Source: Patescibacteria group bacterium (lineage in GTDB: Bacteria > Patescibacteriota > Dojkabacteria > J137). Taken from it: a DNA stretch of 64,000 nucleotides. Where the stretch lies: assembly GCA_963169855.1 (NCBI GenBank), contig CAUJCN010000002.1, positions 197,508-261,507 of the forward strand, given 5' to 3'. Each line of letters begins with the position of its first letter. The first letter of the stretch is position 1. Made by a program: the position numbers and the translations under genes. Below the pieces are notes generated by a model, which was given only the letters and a program-made list of their open reading frames with translations, searched no databases and was not told the origin of the DNA. This document shows positions 1 to 9,790 of this stretch, piece after piece.

Positions 1-180
1 TCCATTCTCGCGGATCCCCTACTAAAGTAGCTTTTGCTAATTTTTTCAAGGTTTCTAGAGGGACGTGTGCTTTATCATCTAAAACGAACCCTTCCAAACC
101 TAGTCTCGTGAGCTCATCTGCTTCCAGCTCTTTCAATCTAAAGTACTCAGCCATTTCTTGAATATCTTCTGTTCTCATAT
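1..180 (-). CDS. hypothetical protein, N-terminal part only (start codon at 180, runs off window edge)
   Basis: Minus-strand ORF begins ATG at 178-180 (MRTEDIQEMAEYFRLKELEADELTRLGLEGFVLDDKAHVPLETL...) and continues past position 1; no recognisable motif. Confidence 0.3.
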
Positions 181-300
181 TAAAAAAGTAAAAAAAAGGA
201 GCTACTTTGCTCCGTAAATATGATTATTTTATTATTTTTTTGATCTTCATAAGCCTAGAAGATCATAATACAAAAAACGTGTTGTTTGCAACTATAGAAA

Positions 301-1245
301 TTAAAGTGCTTTGTCTACTATGTAAATGACACCATTTGACGATATGATATCTTTAAACAAAATAGTTGAATTGTTTACAAGAATATTTTGGTCATCAACA
401 ATGAAGCTTAGTTCTTGACCTTGCTCAGTAACGAATTTAGTTCCATTAGTAAAGTCCTGGGATAAATATTTCCCCGACAAAATGTGAGAGTTTAAAAAAT
501 CTTTCATGGCATCTTTGCTTAATGTTAATGAAGCGAAAGCTGAGTCGACTGGAACAAAAATTGTGTATGGACCCGAAGTATTCAATTCTGCCTGCAAACC
601 TTCTGACTCAATCATACTGGTGAAGATTGTAAGATTGTTTGCCTTCATAAGATTTTCCACGATAGAAGAGTCTCTTGTCATAATTCCACCACCGACTGTA
701 ATTCCTGAATCAGGAACAAGAACACTATCTATAATAAAAATAGTTCCATTTTTCGATTCAATGTTTGGATGTAATACTTTTGCATCATTTACGAAAAGGT
801 CAGCACCAATTTTCGAAAAACTTAATTGTTGACTGTTTACTGTTGCCAATCTCATCCCATCAGAAAGTTCTTCGGCTTTGTAATTACCCACAATAAAATG
901 ATAAGTCAGCAAATCTGTTAAGGATGAAATTCTCTCTGGTCTTAATAAATCTTCCAACATTCCCTCTGGCAAATTGTTAAACGCTTCATTCACTGGAATG
1001 AAAATTGTGTATGGACCAACTGATTTTAGAGTTCCTGTTAAATCTGCAGCGGAAAGTGCTACAAGAGACGTTTCTAAATTTGAGGATTTGTTTACGTTCT
1101 CAATAATATCCTGTTTCGAAGACATGATGACGCCATCTACTTCTATTCCATCAACTTCTTTTTTATTGAAAAAGGCGATGTAGCCAATAGCTGCAAAAAC
1201 AACTATTAGTCCAAGAATCAGCATTCCATTGTTGCCTTTCTCCAT
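301..1245 (-). CDS. fasciclin (FAS1) domain protein, two FAS1 repeats, N-terminal membrane anchor
   Basis: Two copies of the FAS1 signature GPYTIF(I/V)PV(N/D)(E/S)AF; N-terminal hydrophobic helix (LILGLIVVFAAIGYIAFF). Confidence 0.75.
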   Translation of the reverse strand: MEKGNNGMLILGLIVVFAAIGYIAFFNKKEVDGIEVDGVIMSSKQDIIENVNKSSNLETSLVALSAADLTGTLKSVGPYTIFIPVNEAFNNLPEGMLEDLLRPERISSLTDLLTYHFIVGNYKAEELSDGMRLATVNSQQLSFSKIGADLFVNDAKVLHPNIESKNGTIFIIDSVLVPDSGITVGGGIMTRDSSIVENLMKANNLTIFTSMIESEGLQAELNTSGPYTIFVPVDSAFASLTLSKDAMKDFLNSHILSGKYLSQDFTNGTKFVTEQGQELSFIVDDQNILVNNSTILFKDIISSNGVIYIVDKAL

Positions 1246-1264
1246 AAATTGCCCTAATAAGTAA

Positions 1265-2131
1265 TTACATTACTTTGTGCAAGCTGTTTAGAACATCATC
1301 CAGTAAAGTTAATTTAGATTCTGAGCTTACACCCTCTTCGATTCCAAAATAGTAAGCATTTCCTACATAACTTCCGAATTCGTCTGTTACATTAAATGCA
1401 AATTCATTTGTTACAATAAAGTTTTCATCAATTCCACAAGCTGTATTAAATACTGTTGGATTTTCCTCTCTAGCAACATAAAGTTGAGATTCAACTCTTC
1501 GTATATTTCTACCGAAAACGAATATTTGAACGTAATCTGCATTTGTATAGTCGATAACTTGAGTTGGATCGAGTTCGAATTCTGCTCTTTCATCCCTAAC
1601 CATTTGTATGTAACTTGCTTCTGTATCTGCAAATTGTGCTACTGATGAACAACCACCGGCTCCGCCAATTCCTAGAACTCCAGCAAATTTAAAAACAACA
1701 TTGCTATTTTCATCGACAATTTCAAAACCAGTCAAACCTGAAAAAGTTGCTGCATCAGCAGCTCCTTCGTAAAGTCCTTGTGAATTAGAATATTCTATAA
1801 TATTCCATTGAGTTGGAATTGTTGCTTCTACATATATACCTCTGAATAATCTTGTGTTGCTAACTTCTTCTTCATCATTATTTGGACTGTCATCCTCATC
1901 AGAATCGTTTTCATCATCTTCATTTTGATTATTCTGATCATTTTGAGTATCTTCTTGTTGATTGTTATTTGTATCCGCAACTTGGGTGGGTCGGGTCGCC
2001 GAATAAAGCACAAACAAAATAAGTCCTATTACTATAAAGGTGAAGCACAACAAAAGACTAATTATTATAATCAACAACTTTTTTTTACTAGGTTTTTGAA
2101 TTTGAGTTTGCTCAGTTGAAACATTTTCCAT
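1265..2131 (-). CDS. membrane-anchored hypothetical protein with acidic low-complexity linker
   Basis: N-terminal TM helix (LLIIIISLLLCFTFIVIGLILFVLY) followed by Asn/Gln/Asp/Glu-rich tract (QNDQNNQNEDDENDSDEDDSPNNDEEE) and a C-terminal globular region; no recognised motif. Confidence 0.45.
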   Translation of the reverse strand: MENVSTEQTQIQKPSKKKLLIIIISLLLCFTFIVIGLILFVLYSATRPTQVADTNNNQQEDTQNDQNNQNEDDENDSDEDDSPNNDEEEVSNTRLFRGIYVEATIPTQWNIIEYSNSQGLYEGAADAATFSGLTGFEIVDENSNVVFKFAGVLGIGGAGGCSSVAQFADTEASYIQMVRDERAEFELDPTQVIDYTNADYVQIFVFGRNIRRVESQLYVAREENPTVFNTACGIDENFIVTNEFAFNVTDEFGSYVGNAYYFGIEEGVSSESKLTLLDDVLNSLHKVM

Positions 2132-2230
2132 GCATTTTGATTAACTAAGATAAGTATAAGACAGACTAAATTGAATTGATACTACGACTACAAAAATCCA
2201 TGATAATATTTAATTAGTTACTTTAAAAAT

Positions 2231-2530
2231 ATGTCTTCATTACCAAAGTTATCTAAAGATTTACTAGAAGAGCTCTTAAAATCAAGTGAGTTGGATTGGG
2301 AAATACTAGAGGATGGGGTAACTAAATTACGAAAAGAATTTAAATTCGATACATTCGAAGATGCGGTTGCATTTGTAGATAAAGCAACACAAGAAATCTC
2401 TAAACATAATCACCACCCCGATATACAAATTTCGTATAACAAAGTGGTGTTTACTACTTGGGATCACGAAGCTGAAGGAGTCACCCAAAAGGATCTTGAT
2501 CTAGCAAAAAGCATTACGCTTTTGTTTTAA
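2231..2530 (+). CDS. pterin-4-alpha-carbinolamine dehydratase (PCD/DCoH family)
   Basis: 99 aa with PCD signature ...EISKHNHHPDIQISYNKVVFTTWDHEAEGVTQKDLDLAKSI... Confidence 0.75.
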   Translation: MSSLPKLSKDLLEELLKSSELDWEILEDGVTKLRKEFKFDTFEDAVAFVDKATQEISKHNHHPDIQISYNKVVFTTWDHEAEGVTQKDLDLAKSITLLF

Positions 2531-2909
2531 GAGCAAGGTTGTAATCAGAAATCATTGCAATTGCCATGTTGTAAATTTCGAATCCGATCTCGAATCCAAA
2601 CTCCGAATGACTCACTTTACTTGATGCTCTAATCAAATCCTTTTGCAGAATATCTCTACATAACTCATCAAAGAATATTGCTCTTTCTTTTAGTTCGTCA
2701 GGTGAAACACGAGTTCTGTTTTCTGCATATCTTTTTGCTAAATACATAACTGAGCTGGATTGATCTGGAGTTGCTGGGTATTTTGTATTGATGAATTCTT
2801 CTAAACTTCCTGCAAACTGCTGCTTAGGTAAAGGAGGTGCCGCAGTTGTATCTAAAAGTGCTTCCGCGTCCAGCTTCTCGTCTTCAATAAACATATCATC
2901 ACCTGACAT
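2514..2909 (-). CDS. hypothetical protein
   Basis: 131-aa ORF, no recognisable motif; overlaps convergent PCD gene by 17 nt. Confidence 0.35.
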   Translation of the reverse strand: MSGDDMFIEDEKLDAEALLDTTAAPPLPKQQFAGSLEEFINTKYPATPDQSSSVMYLAKRYAENRTRVSPDELKERAIFFDELCRDILQKDLIRASSKVSHSEFGFEIGFEIYNMAIAMISDYNLALKTKA

Positions 2910-3006
2910 AAATTGTATTTAACAAATAAATTCTTAGTAGTCCTGAACTTGTTCAGGAATAAATATTATTCTATCACGGTATATTATCTAAGCGAAATTA
3001 CACATA

Positions 3007-3438
3007 TTATAGCGACGTATCTGAAAGTTTTAAAATAGCATCCCACTCGCCTTTCGATACCGACGAGACAGAAAGTCTAGATAATTTTACTAATTCCATG
3101 TTACTAAATTTGGGATTCATTTTGATTTCCTCCAAGGTTACTGGTTTATTTAATTTTTTAACGGGTGAAAAATCAACTACAACCCATTGACCTACGCCAA
3201 GTTTTCGGTCAATTTTCTCTGTAGGGTCTTGATAAAATTCTTTTGTAACTTTAGCAACGCCAACAATTTCTTTTCCAACATTACTATGGTAATAAAAAGC
3301 CAAGTCACCTACTTTCATTTCTTTTAAATTATTTCTTGCTCTGTAATTTCTAACTCCAGTCCATATCGACTTTCCATCTTTCACAAGATCATCCCAAGAG
3401 AATTCGTCAGGTTCTGATTTAATAAGCCAGTAGTTCAT
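3007..3438 (-). CDS. EVE domain (PUA-like) protein
   Basis: N-terminus MNYWLIKSEPDEFSWDDLVKDGKSIWTGVRNYRARNNL...GDLAFYYHS matches the EVE/thymocyte-nuclear-protein-like fold consensus. Confidence 0.75.
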   Translation of the reverse strand: MNYWLIKSEPDEFSWDDLVKDGKSIWTGVRNYRARNNLKEMKVGDLAFYYHSNVGKEIVGVAKVTKEFYQDPTEKIDRKLGVGQWVVVDFSPVKKLNKPVTLEEIKMNPKFSNMELVKLSRLSVSSVSKGEWDAILKLSDTSL

Positions 3439-3444
3439 ACGTTT

Positions 3445-4035
3445 TTAGTTAAAAATTGATAAATCTATTTTATCAAAATCTATTGGTGGATTTTCATCGA
3501 AAACTTTTTTGATTAGAACTTTATACTCGTCTTCGGTCCATAAAACTAAATTCATTTCTGATATAAACTCTTCAATTTGGTCTTCTGCTTTATTACGTTG
3601 CGATTCGTCTTCAAGCTCAATTTCAATTTCGTAGTGATCTTGTAGCAAACCCTGATTTTTTAAAGAAATTGTAAAATTCTTATATTTGTAATCCTCTCGA
3701 TAGTAAAATCTTGGACAACCATTTACAACTCCAAACATCCTTAGGAAATCGAAAATTGAGTCAATATTTTTAAGATCAAAGGGAAGGGATAGCTCCTGCC
3801 TTGCTGTATCTTTCAAGTCTCCCAATTTTGCTTTAAGTCTTGCTGTAGTTGAATTTTCAGAAAGATTCTGGGAAATTGAGATATTTATTTGATTCTTGTT
3901 TTGATCATTCTTGAAAGTGGTAAAGATTCCCAATTGATTATACTTTCCTAAGAGTTGTGAATTCTTCGAGAGGAATTTCTGAAATTCTTGAAACTGTTCC
4001 TCTAATAGTGGACCTCTTTTTTCGATTTCGATCAT
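3445..4035 (-). CDS. CYTH-like (triphosphate tunnel metalloenzyme) domain protein, paralog 1
   Basis: N-terminal acidic motif MIEIEKRG (ExExK-like) and C-terminal CPRFYYREDYKYKNFTISLK...DHYEIEIELED (R..Y...lD...ExExE pattern of CYTH); paralogous to 10346..10975 and 13422..14030. Confidence 0.45.
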   Translation of the reverse strand: MIEIEKRGPLLEEQFQEFQKFLSKNSQLLGKYNQLGIFTTFKNDQNKNQINISISQNLSENSTTARLKAKLGDLKDTARQELSLPFDLKNIDSIFDFLRMFGVVNGCPRFYYREDYKYKNFTISLKNQGLLQDHYEIEIELEDESQRNKAEDQIEEFISEMNLVLWTEDEYKVLIKKVFDENPPIDFDKIDLSIFN

Positions 4036-4121
4036 AAGATTTTGTACAAAGTTAATGATATCAGCAATCTTTTTCTTAAAGATCCACCTAAAGTTCTATG
4101 TATGTTCAGAGATAAATCACA

Positions 4122-4934
4122 TCATTTCAATATATTGCTATTTAATGATATTAGAGGAGCGAATGTTATATAACCTTCTGGTCGAGTTTTATCTGCCCCT
4201 AATAACTCTGAATAAATCTCCCTCATAGAATTGTTCAATTTAGAAGCATCCACAGTTATCTCTGGCTGAAGTGCTTCTGTATGAGCATAGTGAATATTTT
4301 TGGTTCCTAATCTCTGTACAACATCGTTTTTGGAGTAATAAAAGGCTTCGGTAAGATAAATTGCCAAACTGTTTGTTAAATTCACAGAAATTGGGATTCC
4401 TGCATATGCTGTAATATAACCATAGGTTGCCAGGACTCTACTTCTCGCAATCACAGCACCGGGGGTTTTTGTTTGACCAACAATCAATGCTGGATTAATG
4501 TATTCAATTCCAGCTTTGTACAGAGCACCAGCAACTCCTTTACCCTGGAAGTCTGGATGGACAACTATACCTACATCACATGCAAGAACTTTATAACTAA
4601 ATAATTTTTTTGAATCTAGTTCTGATGAGGTGTTTGATTTAATAAATTCTATTAGTCTACCTCCACGTTTATCCTCGATATCGTTCTTCCAAAGAATAAA
4701 ATACAAACTTCCCACCACTCTACCTTCTACTTCAGCTAGAAAAATTACAGTACGGTTTTCTCCATGATCAAATTCTTCTTCTACAACTTGTTCTTTTGTT
4801 TTGTCTCCAACAGGCATCCCATAGCCATCAATTATATGATCAGCAATGCTAGGATTCCTTTTGCCTGCTTCTACGATTTCACTTGGTGTAAAGATTTTTA
4901 TTTTGACTTCAGGAAAAGATTCAATGTGCTCCAT
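4122..4934 (-). CDS. GNAT family N-acetyltransferase with C-terminal extension
   Basis: GNAT motif A region VHPDFQGKGVAGALYKAG preceded by TVIFLAEVEGRVVGSLYFIL. Confidence 0.6.
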   Translation of the reverse strand: MEHIESFPEVKIKIFTPSEIVEAGKRNPSIADHIIDGYGMPVGDKTKEQVVEEEFDHGENRTVIFLAEVEGRVVGSLYFILWKNDIEDKRGGRLIEFIKSNTSSELDSKKLFSYKVLACDVGIVVHPDFQGKGVAGALYKAGIEYINPALIVGQTKTPGAVIARSRVLATYGYITAYAGIPISVNLTNSLAIYLTEAFYYSKNDVVQRLGTKNIHYAHTEALQPEITVDASKLNNSMREIYSELLGADKTRPEGYITFAPLISLNSNILK

Positions 4935-5257
4935 TAGTTATAAAACATAATATCTAAAACATCGATGGTTGGAGTTTCGTAAGGATGAATTTCTTTTATT
5001 GCTTTGACGACTTCAACTAATCTATCTTTGGGACAAATCATTTCTACTTTATCCTCTGGTTCTCTAGACATTTTATTCTGACTTCCAATAAAGGGAGCTG
5101 CATTTTCACTGGGGAGGTAATTACCAAAACCTTTTGTAATAAATGCACAGTGAGTATAGTTGCCTACAACACCTGCCCCTGCGTGAGACATTGCCTCTAT
5201 TAACTCGTCGGTATAGGCTTCTGGAATTGTCACAAAAATTTTATAGACTTCTTGCAT
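4934..5257 (-). CDS. CutA/PII-like small protein
   Basis: 107 aa, C-terminal HPYETP motif reminiscent of the HPYE(V/T)P motif of CutA1/Nif3; coupled by 1-nt overlap to downstream GNAT gene. Confidence 0.4.
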   Translation of the reverse strand: MQEVYKIFVTIPEAYTDELIEAMSHAGAGVVGNYTHCAFITKGFGNYLPSENAAPFIGSQNKMSREPEDKVEMICPKDRLVEVVKAIKEIHPYETPTIDVLDIMFYN

Positions 5258-5266
5258 ACAATTATT

Positions 5267-6544
5267 TTAACTATAAGGGCCGTATTGAGCAATGACAACT
5301 AGAAACTTAATACTCATGATTACAAACGCTACATAAGGAATAAACCTGAACTTATCAGAAATAGTTAAATATTTACTTAACAATAGAATAACAATAAACT
5401 GAACGACTAATACAATATTGTAGAGTAAACGGTCCCAATAGTTCCCCAAGCCAAAAAAGAAAAGAATAAACAGTCCCAGAAGTAGAAAGTATGGTCTAAA
5501 TTCAGCGACAATCTCCTTCTTCTGACTTTTCTTTAAAACAAGTAATCCAATGTACAGGACAATCATCGTTAATAACGAAATCCACATTTCAGTAGTTTGA
5601 GATAGAATGAATGAGCGAATGTGATTAACAATATTTTGAATCCCTGCACCAAATCCATTCTCAAATCCATCCAGCACCCAAACAAATTGTCGGTAAGATT
5701 CCGCTGCATGATTAAAGTATGTGCCTGTTTTCCACTTTACTACCATCGGCCAAATAATAGTTGGTAAAGCTGTAAGAGTAATTATTATACCTAGTGGTAA
5801 ATGTTTCAAAGGATTTAGTTTTCTCAAGTTAATATTTTTAAGTAAATATTGAAGTGCTAAAGCACCTGAAATCAAAACTACACTTGGGTAAAGTGTGGCC
5901 CCTAGACCAACTGAAGCAGCGATCAGATACTTTACTGAATTTTTTATTCCGTACTTATATTCATAGTAAATGATGGAAACAGAAGCAATTGGTATTAGTG
6001 CATTAAAAATTTGCTGATGAGGAGTAAACACAAATGCTTTTACAACTTCATTTGAAGCAAGCGCTATAACTCCAGTTAGTATTAAAAACAGACTGAATGA
6101 TTCTTTCTTGGCAATTTTCAAGAATAAGAAAATACTTGTAAACAATAAAGAGAAATTGAAAAGAATGAATCCCGCAAGAAATCTTGCGTCAATAAATAAT
6201 CCAGTTTCGGCTGGTGGAAATCCTGTAACTTTTGATAATGCTATAAAGGGTAACGAGTATACAATTCCAGTTGGAATCACTCCAGGTCTACTCTGCAATA
6301 ATTGACTTTCGTCAAAAACCGTTTTTGGATACTTCGCTAAATTAATTAACGCACTTGAATCGCAATTTAGAACAAACCCTGCAGAATCATTAAGTTCAAT
6401 GTACACTCCACAAACTTGATCTATTCCTTCTCTTGGAGCTGGTGAGAATAAAAATGCAAATGGCAGTAAACAAAAGATTGCTGATGTGATTAAAAACCTG
6501 GAGTTGCTTCGAATTAACATGGAGGATTTTTTAAGAAGATTCAT
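5267..6544 (-). CDS. polytopic integral membrane protein (possible GT-C type glycosyltransferase)
   Basis: 425 aa, at least ten hydrophobic helices; family assignment not supported by a specific motif. Confidence 0.4.
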   Translation of the reverse strand: MNLLKKSSMLIRSNSRFLITSAIFCLLPFAFLFSPAPREGIDQVCGVYIELNDSAGFVLNCDSSALINLAKYPKTVFDESQLLQSRPGVIPTGIVYSLPFIALSKVTGFPPAETGLFIDARFLAGFILFNFSLLFTSIFLFLKIAKKESFSLFLILTGVIALASNEVVKAFVFTPHQQIFNALIPIASVSIIYYEYKYGIKNSVKYLIAASVGLGATLYPSVVLISGALALQYLLKNINLRKLNPLKHLPLGIIITLTALPTIIWPMVVKWKTGTYFNHAAESYRQFVWVLDGFENGFGAGIQNIVNHIRSFILSQTTEMWISLLTMIVLYIGLLVLKKSQKKEIVAEFRPYFLLLGLFILFFFGLGNYWDRLLYNIVLVVQFIVILLLSKYLTISDKFRFIPYVAFVIMSIKFLVVIAQYGPYS

Positions 6545-6625
6545 TCTAGATTAGTAATTTATTTTATCTTAACATTAAATTGATAAATTTAAATCTGCTA
6601 CATTACTGAGGTATAAATTCTGATT

Positions 6626-7294
6626 TTACAATATTCTTTGATCATAAGTTTCTTGATCGACTAAATATACTCCCGTACAGGTAATTAAGTTTAGCTGACT
6701 TTGAACTCCTGAATTTTGAGAGAATAGAAATTTCCCAGCATCTTCTGTATTAACTGTGATCACTTCTAACACTTTGAATTTCTTCGAAGTTCCGTCCCCT
6801 ATCTCAATAGAAAATTCGTCATTTGGATTCAAAGAACCGAGATTTTTGAAAATCCCTCCTAAATTTGGACCATCTACATGACCATCAATAATACTCAATC
6901 CTGTATCTCCAGGTCTGACGCTGTCTACAAACCATCCAGCAAAGTGAATATTTGGAGGAACCGCGATCTCTACATTCTGATCTACACCTACTTTTAAAAC
7001 GTATCCTTCTGTGGAAATAGTTGGAAGATTAATATATTTAGGATCGGATTCTTTCCCATACCAGATATAATTTTCATCTGGTGGAACTTCATCAGGAATA
7101 TCTGTGGAATGAGTTATTACAACATCATTAGGATCAACCACCTCTGGTTCAGATTGTGGAGGCTGCTTCTGAAAGATCAGTGAAGTGTGTTCGCTAGTTT
7201 CGATAACTACATAAGGATGAGCAACAGTTTCTTGATCTAGTTTAAGCCAGTAAAGCTCTCCTTGATTGATGGCCATAATTAGTAAGTACTCCAT
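6626..7294 (-). CDS. sortase family transpeptidase
   Basis: Catalytic motifs IIDGHVDGPNLGGIFKNL (His) and LNLITCTG (TLxTC Cys) characteristic of sortases. Confidence 0.7.
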   Translation of the reverse strand: MEYLLIMAINQGELYWLKLDQETVAHPYVVIETSEHTSLIFQKQPPQSEPEVVDPNDVVITHSTDIPDEVPPDENYIWYGKESDPKYINLPTISTEGYVLKVGVDQNVEIAVPPNIHFAGWFVDSVRPGDTGLSIIDGHVDGPNLGGIFKNLGSLNPNDEFSIEIGDGTSKKFKVLEVITVNTEDAGKFLFSQNSGVQSQLNLITCTGVYLVDQETYDQRIL

Positions 7295-8025
7295 CCTCCA
7301 TCAGCTACGAGAATCGCTCCATTTATAAAACTTGCCTCGTCGGAAGCTAAGAAAAGAGCTGCTTGTGCAACCTCCATAGGATCACCAATTTTTTGATTAC
7401 CTTGATTTGAAAGCATTGATTTAATTAACTTACCCGCAGTAGAAAGATTAATACTGCCCGACATTATATTGGTATTCATTGCCCCTGGAGCTACAGCATT
7501 ACATCTAATACCAGATTTAGCATAAAAGTAAGCAGTATTTTTTGTAAGACCAACCACACCATGTTTACTTGCAGTGTATGCTGCTCCTGCTCTCCCACCT
7601 TCTAATCCTCCAATTGATGCTATATTCACAATAACCCCAGCCTTCTTTTTTTGAAAGATTTTGATTGCTTCTCTCATCATATAAAAAGTTCCTTTTAGAT
7701 TTATATTAATCACTCTATCGAATATCTCATCTGATACATCACCAACGGGATCTAGTTTATCCATAACTCCTGCATTGTTTATTAGAATATCAATCTCAGA
7801 ATTTTCAAAAACTTTCTTCACATCATCTTTGTTTGAAATATCTGCAGTAACAGAAGTTACGGTTGATCCCTGCGGAAGCTCAGACATAAATTGAGCTAAT
7901 GTTTGTTGGTTATAATCTATTGCGATTACATTAGCTCCCTGCTTCGCGAATAGGAGCGCGATCTCTTTACCTAAACCTGAGGCTGCTCCTGTAACTATAG
8001 CCGTTTTATTTCGAAGTGATAACAT
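7279..8025 (-). CDS. SDR family oxidoreductase (FabG-like)
   Basis: TGAASGLGKEIA cofactor-binding motif, NNAG, catalytic YTASKHGVVGLTK. Confidence 0.85.
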   Translation of the reverse strand: MLSLRNKTAIVTGAASGLGKEIALLFAKQGANVIAIDYNQQTLAQFMSELPQGSTVTSVTADISNKDDVKKVFENSEIDILINNAGVMDKLDPVGDVSDEIFDRVININLKGTFYMMREAIKIFQKKKAGVIVNIASIGGLEGGRAGAAYTASKHGVVGLTKNTAYFYAKSGIRCNAVAPGAMNTNIMSGSINLSTAGKLIKSMLSNQGNQKIGDPMEVAQAALFLASDEASFINGAILVADGGWSTY

Positions 8026-8047
8026 AACTGGAGTGATAAGAAATAAA

Positions 8048-8488
8048 TTAACTAACAGCTTTCTTTACTAATTCAATAATTCTTTTTTCCTCGACTGGGG
8101 TTAGCTTTAACAGTACAAACGATGTTGGCCACATGTTTCCATCATCTAAATTCGCTGAATCATTAAACCCTAATGTTGAATATCTTGCTTCGAATTTGCT
8201 TCCTGCTTGGAAAAAACAAACTACTTTTCCATCAGCATTTGCGTATGCTGGCATACTGTACCAAGTTTTTGGGAATAACTGAGGAGCTGTTTCTGTAACA
8301 AGTTTATGAATTCTTTTTGCCATAGATTTATCCGGTTCTTTCATAAGTGCAATCACAGCATCAATGGCTTTTTCGCCTTCTGCTCTATTCTTATTCATCT
8401 TTGCTTCTGCTCGTAACTCTTTTGCTCTTTCTCTCATTGCTTGTTTTTCGAAATCGGAAAATACTGGTTCTGCAGGTTTTGTTGCCAT
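8048..8488 (-). CDS. hypothetical protein
   Basis: 146-aa ORF with N-terminal Lys/Glu/Ala-rich helix; no recognised motif. Confidence 0.4.
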   Translation of the reverse strand: MATKPAEPVFSDFEKQAMRERAKELRAEAKMNKNRAEGEKAIDAVIALMKEPDKSMAKRIHKLVTETAPQLFPKTWYSMPAYANADGKVVCFFQAGSKFEARYSTLGFNDSANLDDGNMWPTSFVLLKLTPVEEKRIIELVKKAVS

Positions 8489-8579
8489 ACTTTTTTATTA
8501 AGAGTTATTAAGATCATCTTATCAGAAAAGGTGATTTTGATAAATTTTTGTGTAAAATGTTAATAGTTAATAAAAGAAA

Positions 8580-8948
8580 ATGATTTCGACACAAATTCTA
8601 ATTGCAGCTTTATGGGTAATGTTAATGCTCGTTTATCTACTTGGTGATGTTTTAAGAATATTCAGTGGAGACTTTAAACCCGGAGAAATTATGGGAAAGA
8701 AAGTAGGTCAAGCTGTGTGGTTGGGAATATCGATATTTATGTTAATTCCAATTCTAATGATCTTTTCTACTTTGACGTTGGATTATTCAGCAAATAGGAT
8801 CCTGAATATTGCTGTGGCAGCATTGTTCCTTGTCTTCAACCTGTTTGGTTTACCTAGCTACCCTTCTTGGTACGATAGATTCCTAATCGTTGTTGGATTG
8901 GTGTTTAATGTACTGACGATTGGTTACGCTTGGAATTGGGTTGTCTAA
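8580..8948 (+). CDS. small integral membrane protein
   Basis: 122 aa, four predicted hydrophobic helices. Confidence 0.4.
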   Translation: MISTQILIAALWVMLMLVYLLGDVLRIFSGDFKPGEIMGKKVGQAVWLGISIFMLIPILMIFSTLTLDYSANRILNIAVAALFLVFNLFGLPSYPSWYDRFLIVVGLVFNVLTIGYAWNWVV

Positions 8949-9787
8949 GTCTCACCAAAACCAGTAATAAGATCCTGTAATGCTTGTAGTGGTTTTCCTC
9001 CATTCAAAGAACGTGTTGGAGGAACTCCATGAACTTTTACATTAGGTACATTTTCTAAGTCAGAAACTAAAGTGCCGTCCACAGTCGCCGATCTTGCATA
9101 CTCAGGAGCATTATCTCTACGCAGAATATTGTAAGCATCTTTTTGAAACACTAAAACATTACCCCCTTTAGGCATGAATTCTCTTATTATTTTAAGATGT
9201 TTTTGTTTTTCTGCTTGTTGGATTCTTTTAAACACATTCGATCCAAATAACCTCCGAACTCCAGAGACCCCTGTCCATGGTTCGGTACTTGGAGTCGAAG
9301 GCATGGAAATAAAAGATATGAAACCTAATCTAAATGGAGATTGATAATCCAACTCTAAAAGTTGAGTTCTTCTTGTTGAATTTAACTGCTCTCTTGATTG
9401 ATTATGTAGTGTTTGATCAGTATTAAAATTTAAGAGTTGGATTTTTCTAAAGATCCTCCAAATTCTGTGTTCACGTCCATTACCTTCATACGAAAAAATC
9501 ATTTTTAGATTGATAGAACTTGGTGCTGGATTTCCAAACATGAGTAACAGAGGCGATCGGCCATCATCTTTGTCAGGAATCATCCTTTCTGAAAGATATG
9601 TTATTCTGTGACCATCTTTAAACAAGACGCCATCATTCATCTCATCAGATTTGTAGAAACTATCCCATCTACCTTCGAAAGCTTTTCTATCTAATTCGTC
9701 AGGATACAATTCGTTTAGATTTAGTACATACTTTTCTATCACATCATCATGTCTTTCTAAACTCAGTAAATTTCCAAAATCTTCCAT
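8945..9787 (-). CDS. uracil-DNA glycosylase superfamily protein (Mug/TDG-like) with N-terminal extension
   Basis: LLLMFGNPAPSS...HRIWRIFRKI resembles Mug FCGINPGLSS...NRFWKVIYQA (the motifs that in Mug/TDG enzymes form the active-site pocket). Confidence 0.4.
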   Translation of the reverse strand: MEDFGNLLSLERHDDVIEKYVLNLNELYPDELDRKAFEGRWDSFYKSDEMNDGVLFKDGHRITYLSERMIPDKDDGRSPLLLMFGNPAPSSINLKMIFSYEGNGREHRIWRIFRKIQLLNFNTDQTLHNQSREQLNSTRRTQLLELDYQSPFRLGFISFISMPSTPSTEPWTGVSGVRRLFGSNVFKRIQQAEKQKHLKIIREFMPKGGNVLVFQKDAYNILRRDNAPEYARSATVDGTLVSDLENVPNVKVHGVPPTRSLNGGKPLQALQDLITGFGET

Positions 9788-9790
9788 AAA

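Noticed and set aside
506-1183. Antisense ORFs inside annotated genes in the six-frame track, for example 506..832, 974..1183, 1411..1632, 1925..2119, 11094..11393, 20196..20798, 46947..47276
   Set aside because: They lie wholly inside longer opposite-strand ORFs with clear protein-family motifs, and they have low-complexity or hydrophobic composition typical of shadow ORFs in AT-rich genomes.
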